63,813 bases of DNA, filler included, from Choristocarpus tenellus KU-1152 (GCA_964200185.2; 11 parts of 11 records of this genome joined end to end with filler, not necessarily neighbours in it); one strand, 5' to 3'. Shown: positions 25,403 through 39,659, numbered from the whole stretch's first letter. Program-made: numbers and translations. Notes: generated by a model not told the origin, from the sequence alone.

Positions 25403-28400
25403 GGATATGACACAGGACATGAGCCTTAGCAGTATGGAGACTGACCTGAAGAAACTTGCTGTCTGGACGGGGGGGGGGCCACAGGGAGGTCATTGGAGAC
25501 NNNNNNNNNNNNNNNNNNNNNNNNNNNNNNNNNNNNNNNNNNNNTTAATTAATTAANNNNNNNNNNNNNNNNNNNNNNNNNNNNNNNNNNNNNNNNNNNN
25601 GTGTCCGCATTGGAACAAAGATGCCCAGCTATAACTTCCTGACCACGGCCTTTGCAGCATCTGCCCCTATGATGCCGGACTACAAGAAAAACGACGTCAG
25701 TCGATAACCACCCTAAATTCCTTGTTGTGTCACGCAGACACAGATAGTGATGCAATCTTTAGTTGCTTGGTCTAGTACATTGACTTGTCCCTTACCGTCC
25801 TAAGCAATTAATTTCATTCACAGTCTGGTATCTGTGCAGGTTTTGAGAGGATCTGCAGGGGACTTTACAGACACACCACCTGGGCTGGGTTGTTGAGAGA
25901 GTGCTTTCAAAATTTTGCAAATGTTCTATAACGGCTTTATAATTTCTTTGTGTTGTCTTTCGTGCACGAGAAGGTGGCTTTTTAATATATTAATATAATT
26001 AATATAATCTATGTACAACTCTCGGTTGACAAGGATGCACTACTATTGCCATACTACTACATGTTCAGTTCGGAATGATGTCTACGGCAGAGTTGTATGT
26101 AGGGAAACACTACCGGGAACTGTTCCTGGAGAGTTTCTCGGCAGTGACTGGGTTATCTTGTTTGAGTGGGTTGAATTGGTCATGATGGTCCAGGGGAACA
26201 GTCTAATTTTAAGGCATGCTGCGGGTGCATGATAGACAGGGTTGACTTGGCAGGGCATGTTCACACAAGAAGATAATGCATATTGAAATCAAGGTCATAT
26301 GTATGTAGGTCTTCAGCTTGGAAGTGCAGATTGCTTTTTTTTTTTACTATTGAAACTGAACTGTTTCAATAAAAAAAAAGGATGTTCTTGCAGTAAAAAG
26401 AAGTGTTTGAAACCAAGTCGTGCAGACTGTTCTTGTAGACCGTTCTTGGGCCATACAGCCAAAAGGAGAAGGTGGACAACGGGGGCGATACTGATGATCC
26501 CCTGGGCATCATTGTCAATGGTTCATGTCTTTTAGGAGGCATGGAAAGGTTTCCCGCCAGAATTATGACTCTCTAGTTTCTGGTCATGGCATTGCTCAAA
26601 TCTACAAATACATCCCCTGGGGTAGTTTCGGTGGCTTGCTTTCTGCTAGGACGATGGAAAGGATAGCCTCTGTGAATACCATGTATGCTGCTTCCATTTT
26701 CAGTCAGTAGTGATTACAAAGATAGTAAATTCAACTATGCATCATTATGGTCAGACAATGATACACTTTCGGATGAGGTCTGATCCTATGATCTTTGCCC
26801 CATGACATGCAATAGATTGGGATTTGCTGCAGCAACTTAGATGCAAGTCAAAAAAAGTTCAACTCTGACATTACAGCAAACTTTATGGTTGGTTTTACTG
26901 GATTAATTGGCGCTTGCTGCACAGGATGTGCACGTCTCCAGTGCTGCACATTGTCTAGGATTAGAATAACCTGTTCCATTGAAGGTGTGTAGGTGAGGTA
27001 ATTAGTACTATTGTTTTTATTATTTTTCACAGAATGTCTGGGAAGTCTCGGACCTGTGTTCGGAAATGTAGACCAAAGAAAGTAATACTACTTAGGAAAA
27101 ACAAGTTATTTAGAAGAAAAAATGGGAAAGGGATTGTACCAAGAAAGAGAATTCACCATTGAGTATACTAACACTCACACACAAACAAAACACTTGAGTC
27201 ATACGGGGTCTACTGAGGCCAGAAAAGAGTATCCCACATTACATCTCACACAAACAAAACAAAAATTGAGAAAGCAGCATTCAGCGTAAGTTGGTGTAGG
27301 TGCCCAAACCCATACCATGCATGTAATCAGCTCACACACCCCTGGGGGAGTCCACATTCTACTACTACACCAAGCCTTCTTGTCTCTAGATAGTCTCTTG
27401 TCCTTTCTCCTCATTATTCCTCAAACATATTGCTACAGTACTTATCTATTGGTCAGTTATCTATTGAGCACTAACTGGTGTTTTTGACATGAAAGTTGAG
27501 TTTGTGCCTTGTCCTTAGTCTCTGTATACTCCCCTCTTCCAGCAGTGGACATGTTCCATTCTATCTACACTATTGTTTGGGCTTCTTCTATGACTGTTGC
27601 TACCACCACAATAATCTCTTGCACTCGCCTGACCGTTGTCACCAGCAATACCTACACCAATGCAACTTCCCCTACCCCTGCCAACAACATGGCCAGTCTT
27701 AGTGCCACTGAAAAAGTCGTCATCATTATGGCTACCTTGCCCGCAACTGCTGCTTTCCCCACTCTTATCACAGACATGTTGATGCCATCCACAGCAAAAT
27801 ATACTTCCATCCAGCATCATGAATGACTGCCTCCATGGAGTAGGGCGATTTGGTGGTGGTGAGGTCATCACCCCAGTCGCTTGGTCTGAGCATATCATGT
27901 CCATGTGGTTTTGCATATCATCCTAGAAGAGATTATTGTTTGTCTTAGTATTTCAGTGGCTTACTGTGCCATGAGACTGTGAGTGACCAGATAGGTACAA
28001 GCTTGAATATTTCTGTAGAGTGATTAAGTGGTTGAATATAATTGTGCAAAACGACCTTACTATGCTGTGTGAGCTCAATTACAATTTTTGGGTGATTTTT
28101 CCCAATCTGCCAAAACTGTGAAAGTCAGTGAGATCTCGTGTTTGTACCACCAGACCACACAGATTGTTTTTCCTCATAGTGTAGGAAGTTATGCCTACTC
28201 CAGGTTGTTATTCCTACTCCAGGTAGTTATTCCTATTCCAGTATTCAAATAATTTCTTTGGCTCCACCTAAAATACATATTTTTCCATGAGTCTTACGCA
28301 TCTCAGTTATCAACCACAAATGCTGTGGTGGAACTGGGACATTTATGTATACACCGAAATTTTGATTGTATCATAAAAAATCGAATTTGAATCTGAACAG

Positions 28401-29571
28401 GTATATTTCTGCACTTGTTTTTCTTTCATCCGCATTAGTGCAACCATGTAGTCTTGGCTTGTAGAGATGACCAGGTAAAGTGCCTACAAAAAAGCGTACT
28501 GTTGTTGTCCAAGAACCCTACTACCACACCTCCTGATTTCCACAGTCAGCTGACCCCACCCCATAATGGGCTCGCTGAATTTGTTCCCTTCCCCGGACTC
28601 GTTCAGTTCTGGGAGGCAACATCCTAGCCCTTACCCAGGTTCCAACCATAGGCTCTTCTTCATGACCATCACCACCAATCGTCAAATCAATGAGTTCTGA
28701 AGGGTTTGACAAATTGCGGTTGTAGAGGATGGTACCAACAGATTGACGCTTGAGAGTTTGGTACAATTAAGTCGGATGCTTTGAGACATACATGTGATAC
28801 ACATGGAAGAAATAGAGGTGAGAATTGATGCTATCACGAGAAAAAATGCAAAGGTAACGTTCCTATTTAAGGCATAGTAGTGAACCCTTCTCCGCAACCT
28901 GGGGACAACCAGCATACTTTGCAAGCAATGCCCCAGGTTCAAATCTAGTGACATTGAGACTTCTTTATCGAGGCATATGTCTTCTTGTTGGTGCCATGTG
29001 CTGACCGATGTTATGCCAAACCAACTCTGTTGCCAGTAGCAGTGTGGCTTACCACCACTACTAGACAGGGTACCAATTTTCCTGGGATCTCACCTGTTCT
29101 GTCTCCTCCATTTTCACAGCCCATCCGCCTCAGTGTCCTATTTATCATTTCCCTTCCCTTCCTCTGACGCTCTACATACCTGCGGAATTTTTCTTCTCTC
29201 CTCTCCAGTACATTAGTTAAATGTTCCCTTTGAACCCTCTCCCTCACTTTCGGACATGCCCTAAATTTGTTTTTACTCGGTGGAGTAGAGGTAAGCTATG
29301 GCAGGATCACAGGAAGAGGTTCAGCAATAGCCATGAAACAGCAAGGATGGATAGGAAGTTCAGAGGGCGTTACCTTGACTGATTAAAGTTGTCATTTGAC
29401 TATACCACAAAATGTACAAGTATTATCAACATATTAGTAGGTGACAACGACTTCTTTTGTGGATCTTGTGCTGGTCTCGAACTATTCCGTACGTGGTAGC
29501 AGCCTGGTAATGCCTCAATTCTGAACACTTGCGACCTTCCAATGAGCTAATATAGATCGCTGCTTCTGAGA

Positions 29572-29826
29572 CAAAACCAATTGAGAGGTAGGCAACATTG
29601 CATTTGAAGGATCCCGAGAAAGGGCAAGAAGGCGCCATTTGTACAATTGTAGAAAGAGCCTTTACTGAATTGTGGTGTTACTTTGTGTGTGGGAAGGTGG
29701 AATATCGATTTTGCATACACTAACGTGCACACCATAAAGCAATGAAACAGGGTGTATTGCACAACCTAAGAAAGATGGCTTAGAATTAAAAAGGGTCCAA
29801 ACCTGCCTACCTCTCGATTGGTTTGG
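29572..29826. mobile_element. MITE family C, copy 2
   Basis: aaccaattgagaggtaggca...cctgcctacctctcgattggtttg; colinear with 18069-18318. Confidence 0.8.
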
Positions 29827-30859
29827 TTCTTCTTTTCGAAGGAGACAAATATCAGTCGCCCCAAGCGAGCACCCAGCCAGGAAAGATATTTTGGACCCAA
29901 AGAGCTTTGTCCTCTATACAAACATCGTATTTAAGAGCATCGTGGAAGAAAGTCGAAAGGCCAATTCTTCTTCTATCTATAAAGTTGAGCTCCAGACACA
30001 TGAGACCGACAAATAGGTTGACAGCTTACCCCGTGAACCTCCAGCAACAGCCTCATTGCGTCGCGGTATAGTAGACGCTCGTCATCATCTGCATTTTGAC
30101 ACCCTTGTTCGACGCTCGCCCCTCCTGAAACCGCCATGTCTCTCGACATCTACAAACCAGACTTTGGAAACGATCTATTAGTCTTGCTTAAGCCTGTTGA
30201 AGGTGAATGACCTAGGGATATCTAGGTGAGTGTTGATTTGAAGGAAAATAATAGAAAACGGTTTCCTTTCTAAGCAAAAAAATTCTAGTCTTTCTTGTTC
30301 AAAGAGATTTATATTATGTTAATGTGTTGGGATATATTCAAATATAAAAAATAAAATATAATGAGTGAGTCAAACCAAACAAGAGGTATTTAGAGATATA
30401 TGTCAGGGACAGGTACCTTTCTGGGATCGCCGACACACACTGTATGAATATGACGCGCGGTCGGATAAAATTGCCAGCGCCAAACACGTCATTTGAGCTT
30501 ATCCATACCGAGTAACAGGCCTTTCCATGAGATCCGGATTTGACCAAACAGCCAGAATGAATCCTTAGAACGAAGAATCACTCCGATTCTGTCAAATTAA
30601 TTCCTTTGCTGTGACNNNNNNNNNNNNNNNNNNNNNNNNNNNNNNNNNNNNNNNNNNNNTTAATTAATTAANNNNNNNNNNNNNNNNNNNNNNNNNNNNN
30701 NNNNNNNNNNNNNNNGAGGTGCAGTTCCAAAAGGAATAATATCTTTCACTTTATCCTCACTCACTATGTGTGATTTACCCCTTTGCCTGTTGATAACTTC
30801 CCCAACTCTTACAGCAAGCATATAATTGAAAAGGAAGGTTTTGTACATAGTATTATATA

Positions 30860-31862
30860 CCGGGTTATATATGCAATGTAAGAGATGTGTGTATGTATGT
30901 CTGCATGGTGTTGCCGCTACGTGAATGCTCCACTTGTGGTGCAGAGACTTTTATGATCCTGATGACGAAGGATATGAAGGGGAGGACAACACTGACTCTC
31001 CTGGGTTGGAAGGGGAAGAGTATGATGATGATGATGGAATGGGCCAGCCTGAGAGACATCAATGTGAGGGAAAGAACACTTCTTGCCAAGTGTTTACTGA
31101 TCCATTCCATGCCTCTGAAATATGTGTTGGGGACTGGTATGATGATGGTGGTAGGGTAGAGATAAGCCTCTGTCTGCCTGTCTGTTGTATGCCTGTAGGT
31201 TCTGTTGTGGGAAGTCTGGTGCTGTATGGTGATGTGGAGGGGATGAGTAGATTTGTTGGGTTTTGTATAGAAGGTTTGTTGTGAGGGCGTTTATCCGCAT
31301 CTGTCTTTGTACACAAGTGATTTTTTTCTGTTGGTAAATAAGGGTGAATGATGTACTTACTAAGGTAAATTTGGTATTGTGTTTGTTGACCTTTTTGAAA
31401 AAAAAAGAAAGAATTTTGTGTGATTAACAAAGATGTTGAAAGTCGGACGGTTAACTGATGGTATTAATGCCTCTGTGTATATGCGGAAACCCATGGATCT
31501 CCTTTTCTTAGTCTTATTTATCCTGGTAGTACCGGTTTGATGGAAGTGGACAAGGTGAGTCAAAGAGGCAAAATATTTGTAGATTTTTTGTTGTGCTTGT
31601 ACCATGCCATTTATTGTCAATTTGATGTTTTTTTTATTACCATTTCTAGGGGGGTTGGAATGAACCTTTCATTTTCTAATACACAGCAATAATACACTAC
31701 ATAAGCAATTTTTTTGTACTGAATGGCTATGGGGATGCATATGCACAAGAATATAATATTTTGAGGGGGTTTTTTTAATGAGAAGGTTTTGATTACCGTT
31801 GCTATTGGGATTATTGCTTTATGGACTGAATGCATTGATTTGATTGAATAATCGCTATTCAC
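30860..31862 (-). mobile_element. Decayed coding remnant, possibly the GIY-YIG endonuclease region of a Penelope-like element
   Basis: AT-rich broken ORFs with AYVVYYCC...TINGMVQ...RIYTEALIPSVNRPTFN; the last part recalls the R..EA.I....P.LN end of GIY-YIG domains. Confidence 0.3.
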
Positions 31863-31896
31863 AAGACACTATTATTTTTATTATTTTTGTGTATCA

Positions 31897-32352
31897 GTGT
31901 GTGAATGTTACTGTTAGTGTGTGAACTTTACTGTTAGTGTGTGGATGTTACTGTTGGTGTGTGAATGTTACCGTTAGTGTGTAAACGTTACTGTTAATGT
32001 GTGAATATTACTGTTGGTGTGTGAATGTTACTGTTAGTGTGTGGATGTTACTGTTGGTGTGTGAACATTACTGTTAGTGTGTGAATGTCACTGTTAGTGT
32101 GTGAATTTCATTGTTGGTGTATGAATGTTACTGTTGGTGTGTGAATGTTACCGTTAGTGTGTGAATGTTACTGTTAGTGTGTGAATGTTACTGTTGGTGT
32201 GTGAATGTTACTGTTGGTGTGTGAATGTTACTGTTAATGTGTGAATGTTACTGTTAGTGTGTGAATGTTACTGTTAGTGTGTGAATGTTACTGTTGGTGT
32301 GTGAATGTCACTGTTAGTGTGTGAATGTTACTGTTAGTGTGTGAACGTTATT
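31897..32352. repeat. 20-bp minisatellite (gtgaatgttactgtt[a/g]gtgt), about 22-23 copies
   Basis: Strict period of 20 with scattered substitutions and no spacers. Confidence 0.97.
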
Positions 32353-33277
32353 GTGGGGTTAGTGCAAGGAACAAGAAAAAATGAGGCGTAAAAGTTATTT
32401 TTAAAAACAGCTTTCATTTTTTGTCTTGTTGTGAGATGCTGTCCAATAGGATCTCTCCATCATTGCACCCCCTTTTTTCAAAAAAAAAGAACTTTTAGTT
32501 GTTTTAATGCAATAAACTGCCTCTGAAAAATCAAAAAGTATTTGGTTTTAAGGTGCCTTGGCCCCGATATTGATGCGTGATGTTCGGTAGGAGGCGTTTC
32601 TTTTTTCAAGAACGCCTCTCCTTGGTGTTGATTTTGGACATTTTGGTGAAAAAAAGAAAAGAATCTGTTGTTGAATGTTTGAAATATTTGGAATGTTTAT
32701 TTGACGAGATTTGAAACATCTCGGAACCCTTTGATATTTCTTTTGTGGGAACAAACCCGAAGTGTTGTGGATTTAATTGTGTGAAAGTTGTAATCCACTT
32801 GATGGTGTAAGTACTGTTGTTGATGCAGAAAGACATTTGGGAAATCGAGTAAGTTGGTAAGAAACCAAAATAGTAACTTTTGTGATAATTGTTTGTGGGG
32901 GGTTTTTCCAGTCAAGTTTTGAAGTGCACTGATCACTTTGTCTGAGGTGAAAAGTTCGCAAAACCTCCGGCGAATCTACTCTGTGAATCAGCTCCCCGCT
33001 TCACAACTATACTTCATAAAAATAAAATCACGATGGCCTCCCCAAAGGTGCTTTCAATTGTTGAATGCGGTGAATTCTGATTGGTGCAGAATTCCAACTC
33101 AACAAATATTTATCACATACTACACCTGCCACGACCCTAAACTTATCTATTGCCCCCCTCCCCCCCCAATCTAAACAGTCAACTTTGCCAGTACTTTGTC
33201 CAAACCCACAACAGTTGTCCCGAGTTACTCCAATTATTGTTGCGTAACTGTCACTTAACGTAACTGTCACTTAACAG

Positions 33278-33516
33278 CGGGTGTGGTCGCCAAGGCTGAG
33301 GCGGAAGCAGTAGATGGAGGTTTCCGAATGAGGGCTCCCAAGGCAACTGCAGCCCCGAGGACGGAAGCACTGTCACCTTCCTCCTCAAAAGAGAACAGAG
33401 TTCAGGCTGCTGAGAAAAGCAAATCAGAGGGTGAAGTTTTGAAGGAGAATAAGAAGGCGGGTGCTGTTGTGAGTGGAAAGTCCACTGATGCATTGGAGGA
33501 AACTGTCAAGGAGAAG
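33278..33516 (+). CDS. Orphan internal exon of an unidentified gene (low-complexity, A/E/K/S-rich); possible next exon 33841-33887
   Basis: ttaacag acceptor and gtgagg donor around the open frame VVAKAEAEAVDGGFRMRAPK...EETVKEK. Confidence 0.55.
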
Positions 33517-34025
33517 GTGAGGGGTTATGATTTTCCTCTTGACTTCCCCCTCCCCCCCCCCCCCCCCCCCCCCCGCCCCCCCTTTTTTGCGTTTGTGTGG
33601 GGGTTTTTTTCTAATGAGTAGTGTAGTGTTAGGGATTGAGTGATTTGGTTGAGTGTTGTACTCGGTGCAGATTAACTATTTCAGCATTAACTATTTCAGC
33701 TTGTGTTTTATATGCACGCACAAGCTGGGGCGTTGCACTCAGACGCACGAGAAAATGACAGAGCGAATCAAACCCTTCGATTTTGAAGTGGAGTATTCTT
33801 ATTGGTTGGATCTTGTCGGTGGAAGTGGTGCAATTCACAGGCAGCTCTTACTGTGATACAGTGTGCACCACGATTGATGAGCACTGGGTACGCACCCTAT
33901 AACCCTAACACCTCTTGGGAGGGTACCAAGGTGGGACCATGGAGAAGAAACATAAGAATAGATGTGTGTTGCATCATGAGGAGTCACTCCTGTTCCTGTT
34001 GTCTTGTTTTGAACTGAAAACTCCA

Positions 34026-34056
<31 letters not shown>

Positions 34057-34192
34057 TGGGGGGGGGTTTTGTCTTGGGGGGGGGGGGTGGGGNNNNNNNN
34101 NNNNNNNNNNNNNNNNNNNNNNNNNNNNNNNNNNNNTTAATTAATTAANNNNNNNNNNNNNNNNNNNNNNNNNNNNNNNNNNNNNNNNNNNN

Positions 34193-35230
34193 CCATGATA
34201 TTGAGGTCAGGGAAGTTAGATGGCTGCGTCACAAGTCTAATCAACCACCCCTCAGTCTTCCTTGCCCCTGACAAGATTTCTGAGCTGCACTTGCCCGTGT
34301 GGAGGGTGGCATGGTCTTGCTGAACGACAACATGCTTCCCCTGCAACCAAGGCATCTTGGTCTTGATTGCAGGCAGTCACTCCTCCGTGTACCACTTCCT
34401 GTACCACAAATAGTCTAAAGTACAGCTCTGCTAATACACATCCCCATCTTTATGGTTCTAGCTTGTCCTGTCGGCCGTTTTTGGTGCACACACACGCCAA
34501 ACACCAAGCTTTCCATCAAAGCTGTGAGCCGAACCTGGGCGGGCATTGACTGCAATAGTCATGGTTTTGGAGATAAGACTCTTGTGCTGCACGGTAGAGG
34601 ACCCTGGAAGGTCGCTATAATCCTCATGCAAAAATACCCTAGCCCTTTCCCCATCAGCCATCACATAAAACCAGGTTTCACCCACATAGATCATGTTTGC
34701 CATGGAGGCATACACACCATGTTTCTGGTCCACTTGATTGCAAACAAAGTCCATTCTCCATACCTTTTGCCACAATTTAAGGTTGGGTTTGATCCAGCGG
34801 CGATTCGGCATGGCCTCCATATCATCCACCTTCTTATGGTGCTCATGCCATAATTCAGCCTCATTGTGGCCACTTCATTGTCACCTGACACACTGTGGAT
34901 GACTGATTATCAGAGTTGATACTATGTATTGCGGCCATCTTGGTTGGTGTGAGCTCTGAAGGCCGCCCACTATGTGCCGCCACCCTTAGGTCAAGCGTGT
35001 GCCCACGGGCGAGCTGATTGGTGATGTCCTCCCAGAACCCTCGCATGTAATGCTTGGACACTCCAAACTCCACTGTGAGGCCCGGCCCAACGTGTTGCAA
35101 CAGTTTATGCTCACCAGGGACCATCGGGAGGGTGTGCCGCACTGCAATCACTTTATGCACAACCCTGGTATTCAGCAACACTTGGGCACCCTCCCTACAA
35201 GGGGAGGTCGACAGGGGGGTTGCCATGCCA
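34193..35230 (-). mobile_element. Tc1/mariner transposase pseudogene (DD37D/DD39D-like)
   Basis: SGRP, IKPNL, YVGETWFY (degenerate DEKWF), VQHKSLISK, ARP, FDGKLGVW, QQDHA and QPSNFPDLNI motifs; frameshifted and cut by a gap. Confidence 0.92.
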
Positions 35231-36939
35231 ACGTTCTGACCCTCAACGTGCCCAGTTCTGGCTTCAAAATCACCCCAAAATACCCCTACTTTGACGACTT
35301 GAAGCTCCTTGAGTTTGTACCTGATGATCCTTGACCCCCACCTTTTCTGAAAACTGAGATTGTCAACCCTTTTTCATTCCGTGGGGTTATCGTCCAATTC
35401 AGTGCCATTCTCACTTGGCAAGACCAGATGTATCATGGCTCAAACATATTGCACAGAGGTAGTAGTAACAATAAATATCGTAGGAAAGTAACTAGGGTCA
35501 TGAGTTATCACGATTCAATCAAGGCAAGGCACTCAGTGAAGTAATGACGGAGATCATAACCAAAACCTATTGATTTGCCAGGTATTCTTCACATGTATGC
35601 GTATTTCAAGCTATGCTAGGAAATACCTTACAGCACAGAGGCTTTAATTCAATCAAGTACACTCATTATTAGTAGATGCACTTCTATAGGGAACAGTGCA
35701 GTATTTGAAATACCATACATGAACACGCTATCTTTGGATGAGAAAAAAACAAAAACTACAAAATATCTGCAAACACAAAAGAATTGAAGATTCAGTAATG
35801 ATGGAATTTGAACAGATGAGTCAGACAACACAAAAAGCAACCAAGGACTATGAAAATATAAAATATACCCCCTCCTTCAAGATCACAATGCATTTGTCAA
35901 TATATATATTATGAGAGTCGGCATTCAAGACCATAAAAAAAAAGATACTTAAACAATCCTGCCCCATCACTGCTGTTGGTCAGCAGGACATCAAAAATGC
36001 TAGGATATAAAATGGATTTATGTATGAGTATGTGTGTGTAGGTATTTGAAGTTGTACATATTGATACTGATACTGAATACATGCCATACACCTTACTGAT
36101 TGATGGAACAATGAACACCAATTTGTTGATCACAATCAACAGTACATATCTCGTAGCAAGTGGAGGTTCTTTTCTGACACCATGGAAGGCATCTCTGTCT
36201 GCCAAACCTGCTGTTAAATCGGTATATTAGAAGAGATTCACAGTATCGTACTGCATCACAAAATGGTTGGTTTACGGCACAGTGGAATATTATTGAATTG
36301 GGGTGTCTTTCATGAGGTCACGATAAAAGAAAGAAGGTTGGCATGAACGCAGGAAGGAAGCACCACTATCACCACTAAGGAGAGAAGTAAAAAGTAACAC
36401 TATGTACCACATGCATGAGGCATTCTTTCCGTGTCACTCAGGTGAAATGGTAACTGTTCTGTTTCGTAGTTTAACTTGTGAAGAAATTATTTCATAGTTT
36501 ACCTTGTGATAGCCTTCCAACTGTACAGAACTATACTTCCCCCAACCCATATTAAAAGCCCATTTCAAACCAAGTACACACACAATAATTTTTTTCCCCC
36601 ATCATCTCTCATCTAATAAGCCAAAGGGAAACAAGGGCGTAGTCATACTTCCCTCCTTTTCTTTCCACATTCATAGACCAAAACACAGACAGACAGACAA
36701 TCAAATGAAATCAACATCCAGACAAAAGACTTGGTCACCAACAATATGGACAGATACAGTCACCAAGAGACAGAAGGACCAATCACAACACAAACCATCT
36801 CATCCATCATATGACCAATATCTCAACAGAACAAGCCATGCCATACCTACCACAAATCAAGACACATAGACCAAACATACAAACCAAAGGGCCGCCCAAC
36901 TGATAGACCACAACAAAACCAGTCCACAAGCAGACTCAC

Positions 36940-39286
36940 CTCATCTCCGAATACATTTTCCATTGAAAATTTCCTGTCTTTCTTTAGAGGAGCAACACTT
37001 GATTTTTCCTTTTTCCCCAATGTTGGTATCAGTCCCAACTCCATGTCACGCTCAAACTTCTCCTGCTCCTTTAGTTCATGGATTGACATGGCCTTCTTAG
37101 GCACTGCTGCTCTCTTTGCCGCAGCCTTCAGCTCTTCTCTCGCCTTCCTTCTTGCCTTCGTCAGGTTGGCCTCCCGCTCCTCTGAAGTCATATGTCTCCT
37201 CTTTCGTTTAGCGATTTCTGGAACTTGCTTTGATGTGACACTACTCTTCTGCAAACAGTGAAGTAACAGTTGCAAGCAGAGAATTGTTCATTGGAGCGGT
37301 TGAGTACTGTTTTTCCTGTGTGAAGTATTATTAAACGAAAATATACGTAAGAGGCTATGCAGGATGTTTTGGGTGGTAAAAGAGGGCAGGTTAAGGACAG
37401 GTTAAATGGATACACAGAGGAGACATACCTCAACATATTGGAAGATGTAAGTGTATGTATAAATGTATCATCACAAAAACAAGAAATCTGACTAAAAAAG
37501 TAGCATAGACTATGTTTCACTTTTTGTCTTCATTCTTTTTGGTTGAATGACACAAGACACATGAAATGTATTGCAATATAAACATTTAAAACCATGTAAC
37601 CTCTTGAGTGGATGCTATTGTGGATGGATTATTGGATGGATTAATGGATACAGATGGCAATGGATAGGACGTGCAGATTTCCTAAGTAGGATCTGACCCT
37701 GTCCTGAACAACGTGTCTTCAACGCCTTAACTCTTGCAAAGACTGTGTGAAGTGTGTAAATAGGTTCAGGGATGGGACAATATAGGATACACACAAGAAA
37801 GAGAGGGTAAGTGCATGAAAGATGTTGGAACTGCTACTAGTGTGATGAGGAACCATTGTACCTTGTAGTGCAAGATTTGAGTTCATAAATAGGTAAGTGA
37901 ATAGAACTATTTAAACAAGTTTATTTCAACTTAGTCATCTCGTACGATCCGAGATCATTAGGTGCTCAACATGGCGCGGTTTTCCAAACTGAATGTGACT
38001 GGTTCATATTTGATTTTTCATTTTATCATGGAGGTAATACCTATTGTGTGAGCACAATTGTTCCCCACTTTTGTTTAAAGTTTGCCACTTCATATGTAAC
38101 ATGCACCAACAAAATATGAAAGATCGACATTTTAACAACTGATCATATATGGTAACCATTACACCCACAACTTGGTAATTTGTCCCTCAACCCAAATCAA
38201 ATATCAAGAAAGGAATCCTTCAATGTACACTACAAGAACAGTTGTCCCATATTCTTGTCTTTTCGATTTTCGGGCAAGTTTTTATCATTTGCCACAAGAG
38301 ACGACCCCAACCCAACTCTTCTACACGTTCTATTCCACCTGCGTTTATATATGTATATGTGTATGTGTGTGTGCAATGTTGGAGTAGTTGGCAACAATTA
38401 GGCGATAAACGGTGAGAATGCAGATTTCCCGAAAACACCCCCACATCAGCAGTCTATACAGCAGTCAAGGCTTGCTCTAGATGCCTTAACGAATTGACCA
38501 CCCAATGCTCAGATTTACATCCCTGATTTCCTCTAGCAACAAAAGGTTATTGATTTCAGAGTCACACCTAGTATATGTCAATTTCCACTACGTACCTAAG
38601 GTATCCAAATTGTCGCAACAGTATGTAGTACTGTGTGTAATTGTACTCCAGCACGTCCGGCTAAGCAGTGAGGTATTCTGCTCTTCCGCCACTGATAACG
38701 TGGTTGTGCGAAACACTACGGGTCAAACCTCAAAGACAAATAAGTGCTTTTCACCACCAACAAGTCTGCCCACCCTCGAGAGCGGTGCTGAATGATGATT
38801 CTCTCATCAAAGGAAAGAACACATTTGAAGGGTACCACCTAGGCATCTGATCGACGAGAGGAACGAACCATCTTTTCCGAGGTAGGGATCAGGTGAATGG
38901 AGGAGGACAGGGGGGAGACGAAGGGGACAGTTCACCAAACGATCTGAGGATGTTAGACGCACCTCTACTCCTTCCACCTCCTCTTCCGGATCATCATCTT
39001 CCTTGCTGGATGCTTGAAATACCATGACTGACTTGCCCTGCAGCGAGTTCCAAATGTGCTTACATCCTCCAGATCTGCACAACTGCATCCTTCTGGGTAC
39101 TATCCAGCAGGCCGACTGAATCGAAATACGAGAATAGATACACGATGAGAACGTGTTGCTGTTCATCATATGTTGACTGTTGTATTTGCGGTGGGAAGGG
39201 ATAGCCGAGGCGGGGACACTGGAGGCGAAGCCATGGGCTGCGGACGCGAGGATCAACCCCACCACAGCCGTCACGAACGCCTGCAT
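36940..39286 (-). CDS. Predicted plastid-targeted protein of unknown function (exons 39286-38963 and 37248-36940; 3' exons unresolved)
   Basis: MQAFVTAVVGLILASAAHG-FASS signal peptide with F at +1 (ASAFAP-like), Ser-rich transit peptide; phase-0 junction GVE|KSS; charged helical second exon. Confidence 0.75.
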
Positions 39287-39659
39287 GCTCACGATAACGT
39301 GATCCCAGGAGATACCCAGGAAGAGTAAACACGGTGTGAGATCACCCTGACCGGATAGTAGTTTCTCTGTGTAGGCACAGTACGCCCCGCAAGTCCACCC
39401 CAACGCACACACAAACACACATCAAATCAGACGCATACTTCTCCCTAACCCATTTTCAGAGACAACGGTAAATAACCTGCTATAATATTTTCAAATACCG
39501 TTAATATATTTGATTTCCTTATCTACGTACACTAACTTCCTGAAACGACTTCTTACGTACACATTATTATTATAATTATTATGTAACATACGCAAAACAT
39601 GAAAGGTTTTTGAACAAAGGTAGGTTTGTGTAGTGATGGGAGGATTGTGTTAACAAAAA
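39287..39659. promoter_or_regulatory. Putative bidirectional promoter region
   Basis: 373 bp between two divergent ATGs with an AT-rich core at about 39480-39600. Confidence 0.45.

Noticed and set aside
30136-30225. Possible first exon MSLDIYKPDFGNDLLVLLKPVE
   Set aside because: Short, with no recognisable homology and no partner exon on the contig.
30925-31284. Acidic plus-strand ORF (DPDDEGYEGEDN)
   Set aside because: No splice or domain support; probably the antisense shadow of the decayed minus-strand element.
31897-32352. Regular array as a CRISPR locus
   Set aside because: The 20-bp units are contiguous with no unique spacers, no cas genes are present, and the context is eukaryotic.
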